Translations under genes and position numbers: made by a program | The notes under the pieces: model-generated | Database searches by the model: none | Seen by the model: the letters and a program-made list of their open reading frames with translations, nothing else | What the model was told of the DNA's origin: nothing | Origin: Bacillota bacterium | GTDB taxonomy: Bacteria; Bacillota; Clostridia; Lachnospirales; Bianqueaceae | DNA: 64,000 nt | NCBI GenBank assembly: GCA_017634575.1 | Contig: JAGBND010000075.1 | Span: 6,399 to 70,398 of the forward strand | Direction: 5' to 3' | Shown here: in pieces, positions 60,599 to 64,000 of the stretch | Layout of the letters: each line of letters begins with the position of its first letter | Numbering within the stretch: the stretch's first letter is position 1

Positions 60599-63500
60599 AT
60601 GGAAAAGAACCGTATCCATCCGGAATCCTATGGCAGCCGCGTCAGAATGTCTTTTTCAAGGGAAAAAGAGATTCTGGATATGCCGAATTTGTTGGATGTT
60701 CAAAAGGATTCTTACCACTGGTTTGTCACTGAAGGCATGCGAGAGGTCTTCAGTGATATTAACCCGATCACGGATTACGCGGGTCATCTGACGCTGGAAT
60801 TCGTTGATTTTAAACTGGATGATGAGCCGAAATACTCGATCCAGGAAGCTAAGGCGAGAGATGCCACATACTCGGCTGCTCTTCGCGTCACGGTTCGTCT
60901 GACCAATGAAGACACTAAAGAAAAACAGGAGCACGAGATCTTTATGGGAGATTTCCCCATAATGACCGATACCGGTACTTTTGTTTTGAATGGTGCCGAA
61001 CGAGTCATTGTATCCCAGTTGGTTCGTTCCCCTGGCATTTATTTTTCTAAATCCATTGATAAGACCGGAAAACCGCTGTATGCATGTCAGGTAATTCCCA
61101 ACCGGGGCGCCTGGCTTGAATATGAAACCGATTCCAACGATATTTTCAATGTCCGAATCGACCGTACCCGTAAGGTTCCGGTCACTACGCTGATCCGCGC
61201 GCTGGGCATCGGCACGGACGCTGAAATTATCGACATGTTCGGCGAGAACGAAAAACTGCTGGCGACCATGGAAAAGGATACCTTCAAGAGCGTGGATGAA
61301 GGCCTGATTGAAGTTTACAAACGGCTTCGTCCCGGCGAGCCGCCTACAGTTGAAAGCGCGCAGAGTCTCCTTTACGGCATGTTCTATGACGACAAACGGT
61401 ACAATCTGGGCCATGTGGGACGTTATAAATACAACAAGAAGCTGGCCCTTTCCCGTCGTGTCCGTGGCATGGTTCTGGCTGAAGGTGTGGTGGATACTTC
61501 CACCGGTGAAATTCTCGGCCAGGAAGGCGACAAGCTTACCAGAGAAATGTGCGATCAGATTCAGAATGCCGGTATTTCCTATATCTACGTCAAGAAAGAA
61601 GACAAGAAAGTCAAGATTTTATCCAATCTCGCAGTGGATATTCATTCTTATGTGGATCTTCCGGATGACGTTCTGAGAAACTGCGGAATTACAGAGAATG
61701 TCTATTATCCCGAACTGAAGAAAATCCTGGACAAGGACCTGGAAGGTGACGAACTTGTTCAGGCGCTTTCGAGAAAAGCCTACGATCTTGTTCCCCGTCA
61801 CATTACCCGGGAAGATATCATGGCTTCCATCAACTATCAGCTTTGCCTTGACGACGAAATCGGCATGACGGATGATATCGATCATCTGGGCAACCGCCGC
61901 ATTCGCTGCGTCGGCGAGCTTCTGCAGAACCAGTTCCGCGTTGGTCTGACCAGACTTGAGCGAGTGGTTCGTGAAAGAATGGGCACCCAGAACTCGGATG
62001 AGGTCACGCCCCAGAGCCTGATCAATATCCGTCCCGTTACGGCTGCCATTAAGGAATTCTTCGGAAGCTCCCAGCTGTCACAGTTTATGGATCAGAACAA
62101 CCCGCTGGCTGAGATGACGCATAAAAGACGTCTTTCCGCCCTTGGCCCCGGCGGTCTTTCCAGAGACCGCGCCGGTTTCGAGGTGCGTGACGTTCACCAC
62201 TCTCATTACGGCCGCATGTGTCCTATTGAGACCCCTGAAGGTCCCAACATCGGTCTGATCAACTCTCTGGCTACCTATGCCCGTATTAACCGGTACGGGT
62301 TTATTGAGGCGCCCTACCGGAAGATAGACAAATCCGGAGATGTGCCGGTTGTAACCAATGATATTGTGTACATTACGGCAGACGAGGAGGAGAGCTATCA
62401 TATCGCGCAGGCAAACGAGCCGCTGGATGAAGGCGGACATTTCCTCAATGCGCGTATTAAAGGCCGTTTCAGAGAAGACAACATTGAAGTATTGCCCGGC
62501 GATATGGAACTCATGGATGTTTCTCCCCGCCAGGTCTTCTCGGTTGCGGCATCGCTGGTTCCCTTCCTTGAAAATGACGATGCTTCCCGTGCGCTGATGG
62601 GATCCAACATGCAGCGGCAGGCTGTTCCGCTTCTGACCACGCAGGCCCCGGTTGTCGCAACCGGTATGGAATACAAGACCGCTATGGACTCCGGTTCCTG
62701 CATCATTGCAAAGAACGACGGCGTCGTTGAATCCGTTTCCTCTGACCGGATCCGGATCCGCACGGCAGATGGCGTTGACGATTATGAATTGCTGAAGTTC
62801 CAGCGTCAGAACCAGAGCACCAGCTTCAATCAGCGTCCTATTGTGAATCTGGGAGATACCGTTAAGAAAGGCCAGGCGATTGCCGATGGTCCTTCTACGG
62901 ACGGCGGCGAGCTTGCTCTTGGTAAGAATGCCCTCATCGGCTTTATGACCTGGGAAGGCTACAACTACGAGGATGCTGTTCTTCTGTCCGAGCGTCTGGT
63001 GGCGGAAGATGTCTATACGTCTGTTCATATTGAAGAGTACGAGACGGAAGCCCATGACACTAAGCTGGGACCGGAAGAGATCACCAGCGACATTCCCAAC
63101 ATGTCTGCGGACGTTCTGAAAGATCTGGATGAGCGCGGCATTATCCGCATCGGCGCGGAAGTGCATGCCGGCGATATTCTGGTCGGAAAGGTTACGCCCA
63201 AGGGCGAAACCGAGCTGACCGCTGAAGAGAGACTTTTAAGAGCTATCTTCGGTGAAATGGCCAGAGAGGTCCGTGACACTTCTCTTCGTGTTCCTCACGG
63301 AGAAGAAGGCATCGTAGTCGAGGTAAAAACCTTCAACCGTGAAAACGGCGATGAGCTTTCTCCCGGCGTGAACGAGTCCGTTCGCGTATATATTGCTCAC
63401 AAACGTAAGATTTCCGTCGGTGACAAGATGGCAGGCCGTCATGGAAACAAGGGTGTTGTCTCACGCGTTCTTCCGGTAGAAGACATGCCTTTCCTTCCCA

Positions 63501-64000
63501 ATGGCCGTCCGCTGGACATCGTGCTGAACCCCCTGGGCGTTCCCAGCCGTATGAATATCGGACAGGTTCTGGAGGTTCATCTGGGACTTGCCTGCAAAGC
63601 CCTCGGACTTCATATTGCAACACCTATTTTCGATGGCGCCAGCCCTGCAGACATTCAGGACATGCTGGAAATGGCAAACGACTATGTCAACACAGACTGG
63701 GAAAGCTTCGAAAAGAAATATAAACGGCAGATCGAGCCGGAGCTTCTGGACTATCTGAAAGCAAACATAGCGCATAAGGCCGAGTGGGCGGGCGTTCCCA
63801 TCAACCGCTCCGGCAAGCTGGATGTGCGCGACGGACGGACCGGCGAACCCTTTGAGAATCCGGTTACCGTCGGTTATATGTACTACCTGAAACTCCATCA
63901 TCTGGTTGATGATAAGATCCATGCCCGTTCCACCGGCCCTTATTCACTGGTTACGCAGCAGCCCCTTGGTGGAAAAGCCCAGTTCGGCGGACAGCGTTTC
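60599..64000 (+). CDS. rpoB: DNA-directed RNA polymerase subunit beta, N-terminal 1134 codons; continues past the window end (absent from the ORF track because no stop is reached)
   Basis: My translation from the ATG at 60599 (RBS AAGGGGTGA) is [42 protein letters not shown]... The frame stays open to nt 64000, where it reads ...[15 protein letters not shown], the conserved RpoB motif. Confidence 0.97.
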   Translation, partial: MEKNRIHPESYGSRVRMSFSREKEILDMPNLLDVQKDSYHWFVTEGMREVFSDINPITDYAGHLTLEFVDFKLDDEPKYSIQEAKARDATYSAALRVTVRLTNEDTKEKQEHEIFMGDFPIMTDTGTFVLNGAERVIVSQLVRSPGIYFSKSIDKTGKPLYACQVIPNRGAWLEYETDSNDIFNVRIDRTRKVPVTTLIRALGIGTDAEIIDMFGENEKLLATMEKDTFKSVDEGLIEVYKRLRPGEPPTVESAQSLLYGMFYDDKRYNLGHVGRYKYNKKLALSRRVRGMVLAEGVVDTSTGEILGQEGDKLTREMCDQIQNAGISYIYVKKEDKKVKILSNLAVDIHSYVDLPDDVLRNCGITENVYYPELKKILDKDLEGDELVQALSRKAYDLVPRHITREDIMASINYQLCLDDEIGMTDDIDHLGNRRIRCVGELLQNQFRVGLTRLERVVRERMGTQNSDEVTPQSLINIRPVTAAIKEFFGSSQLSQFMDQNNPLAEMTHKRRLSALGPGGLSRDRAGFEVRDVHHSHYGRMCPIETPEGPNIGLINSLATYARINRYGFIEAPYRKIDKSGDVPVVTNDIVYITADEEESYHIAQANEPLDEGGHFLNARIKGRFREDNIEVLPGDMELMDVSPRQVFSVAASLVPFLENDDASRALMGSNMQRQAVPLLTTQAPVVATGMEYKTAMDSGSCIIAKNDGVVESVSSDRIRIRTADGVDDYELLKFQRQNQSTSFNQRPIVNLGDTVKKGQAIADGPSTDGGELALGKNALIGFMTWEGYNYEDAVLLSERLVAEDVYTSVHIEEYETEAHDTKLGPEEITSDIPNMSADVLKDLDERGIIRIGAEVHAGDILVGKVTPKGETELTAEERLLRAIFGEMAREVRDTSLRVPHGEEGIVVEVKTFNRENGDELSPGVNESVRVYIAHKRKISVGDKMAGRHGNKGVVSRVLPVEDMPFLPNGRPLDIVLNPLGVPSRMNIGQVLEVHLGLACKALGLHIATPIFDGASPADIQDMLEMANDYVNTDWESFEKKYKRQIEPELLDYLKANIAHKAEWAGVPINRSGKLDVRDGRTGEPFENPVTVGYMYYLKLHHLVDDKIHARSTGPYSLVTQQPLGGKAQFGGQRF

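Noticed and set aside
61308-61676. + strand 122-aa ORF listed in the track inside the rpoB region.
   Set aside because: It is out of frame with the continuous rpoB reading frame (60599 to the window end), which carries diagnostic RpoB motifs. The track omits rpoB only because it has no stop codon within the window.
3374-63166. Very long antisense ORFs opposite real genes. Examples: 3374-4666 (430 aa), 5301-6872 (523 aa), 13912-15567 (551 aa), 28147-29952 (601 aa), 33577-34821 (414 aa), 62078-63166 (362 aa).
   Set aside because: I checked the phase of each one. They lie in the exact codon-complement frame of the sense gene, so an antisense stop requires a sense TTA, CTA or TCA codon. Their openness therefore only shows that these three codons are very rare in this genome's highly expressed genes. 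The translations are low-complexity (Gly/Arg/His/Ala-rich) with no recognisable motifs, while the sense strands encode unmistakable proteins (FDP, HydB, PBP, FtsW, RpoB).
1-64000. Search for tRNA, rRNA, tmRNA, transposase, integrase, phage, toxin-antitoxin, restriction-modification or other defence genes.
   Set aside because: I found none. Every gap longer than 100 nt is accounted for by promoters, terminators or known leader types. I saw no T-loop-like GGTTCGAATCC strings in intergenic DNA and no recombinase- or nuclease-like ORFs. This is a core, non-accessory region.

Overview
This window is about 64 kb of core chromosome from a moderately GC-rich anaerobic Firmicute. Gene content looks like Clostridia, but I cannot assign a species from sequence alone. 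I support 58 protein-coding genes, and 56 of them are on the + strand.

In order, the window contains:
- A 5'-truncated M16/PreP-like peptidase, a CaCA exchanger, an unusual HD-domain/nitrilase fusion, a four-domain flavodiiron protein and a carboxylesterase.
- A ten-gene [FeFe]-hydrogenase operon. The structural genes (hydC, then fdx-hydB-hydA) are split by a six-gene signalling-like module: DRTGG, GHKL ATPase, HydS-type sensor hydrogenase, DRTGG, PHP, GHKL ATPase.
- trmH(-), ispD, alaX and a cold-shock gene with a long 5' UTR.
- A sporulation-like cluster (two unknown small proteins, a DUF2953/YtfI-like protein, YtfJ/GerW), then D-aminoacylase and mnmA.
- A dcw cluster: mraZ-rsmH-ftsL-PBP-murF-mraY-murD-ftsW-ftsQ-ftsZ. 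murE, murG, murC and ftsA are not in it.
- Aspartate kinase, a PucR-type regulator, and ftsEX with a coiled-coil M23 peptidase.
- A lipase-like hydrolase, a PHP histidinol phosphatase (-), a NahK-like kinase and cca.
- A large PEGA-domain membrane protein with a (PVESQ)x10 repeat.
- A phosphohexomutase, ispE, an mreB-like gene, recD2 and comFC.
- The rpmG-secE-nusG-rplKAJL-rpoB cluster.

Three real genes are missing from the ORF track: rpmG (49 aa), secE (59 aa), and rpoB, which runs off the 3' end of the window. I found no tRNA or rRNA genes, CRISPR arrays, transposases, integrases or prophage genes.

The most interesting part is the uncharacterised H2-sensing-like module inside the hydrogenase operon. 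The HD-nitrilase fusion comes second.

All calls rest on motif recognition by eye. Coordinates of hairpins and promoters were counted by hand and may be off by 1-2 nt.
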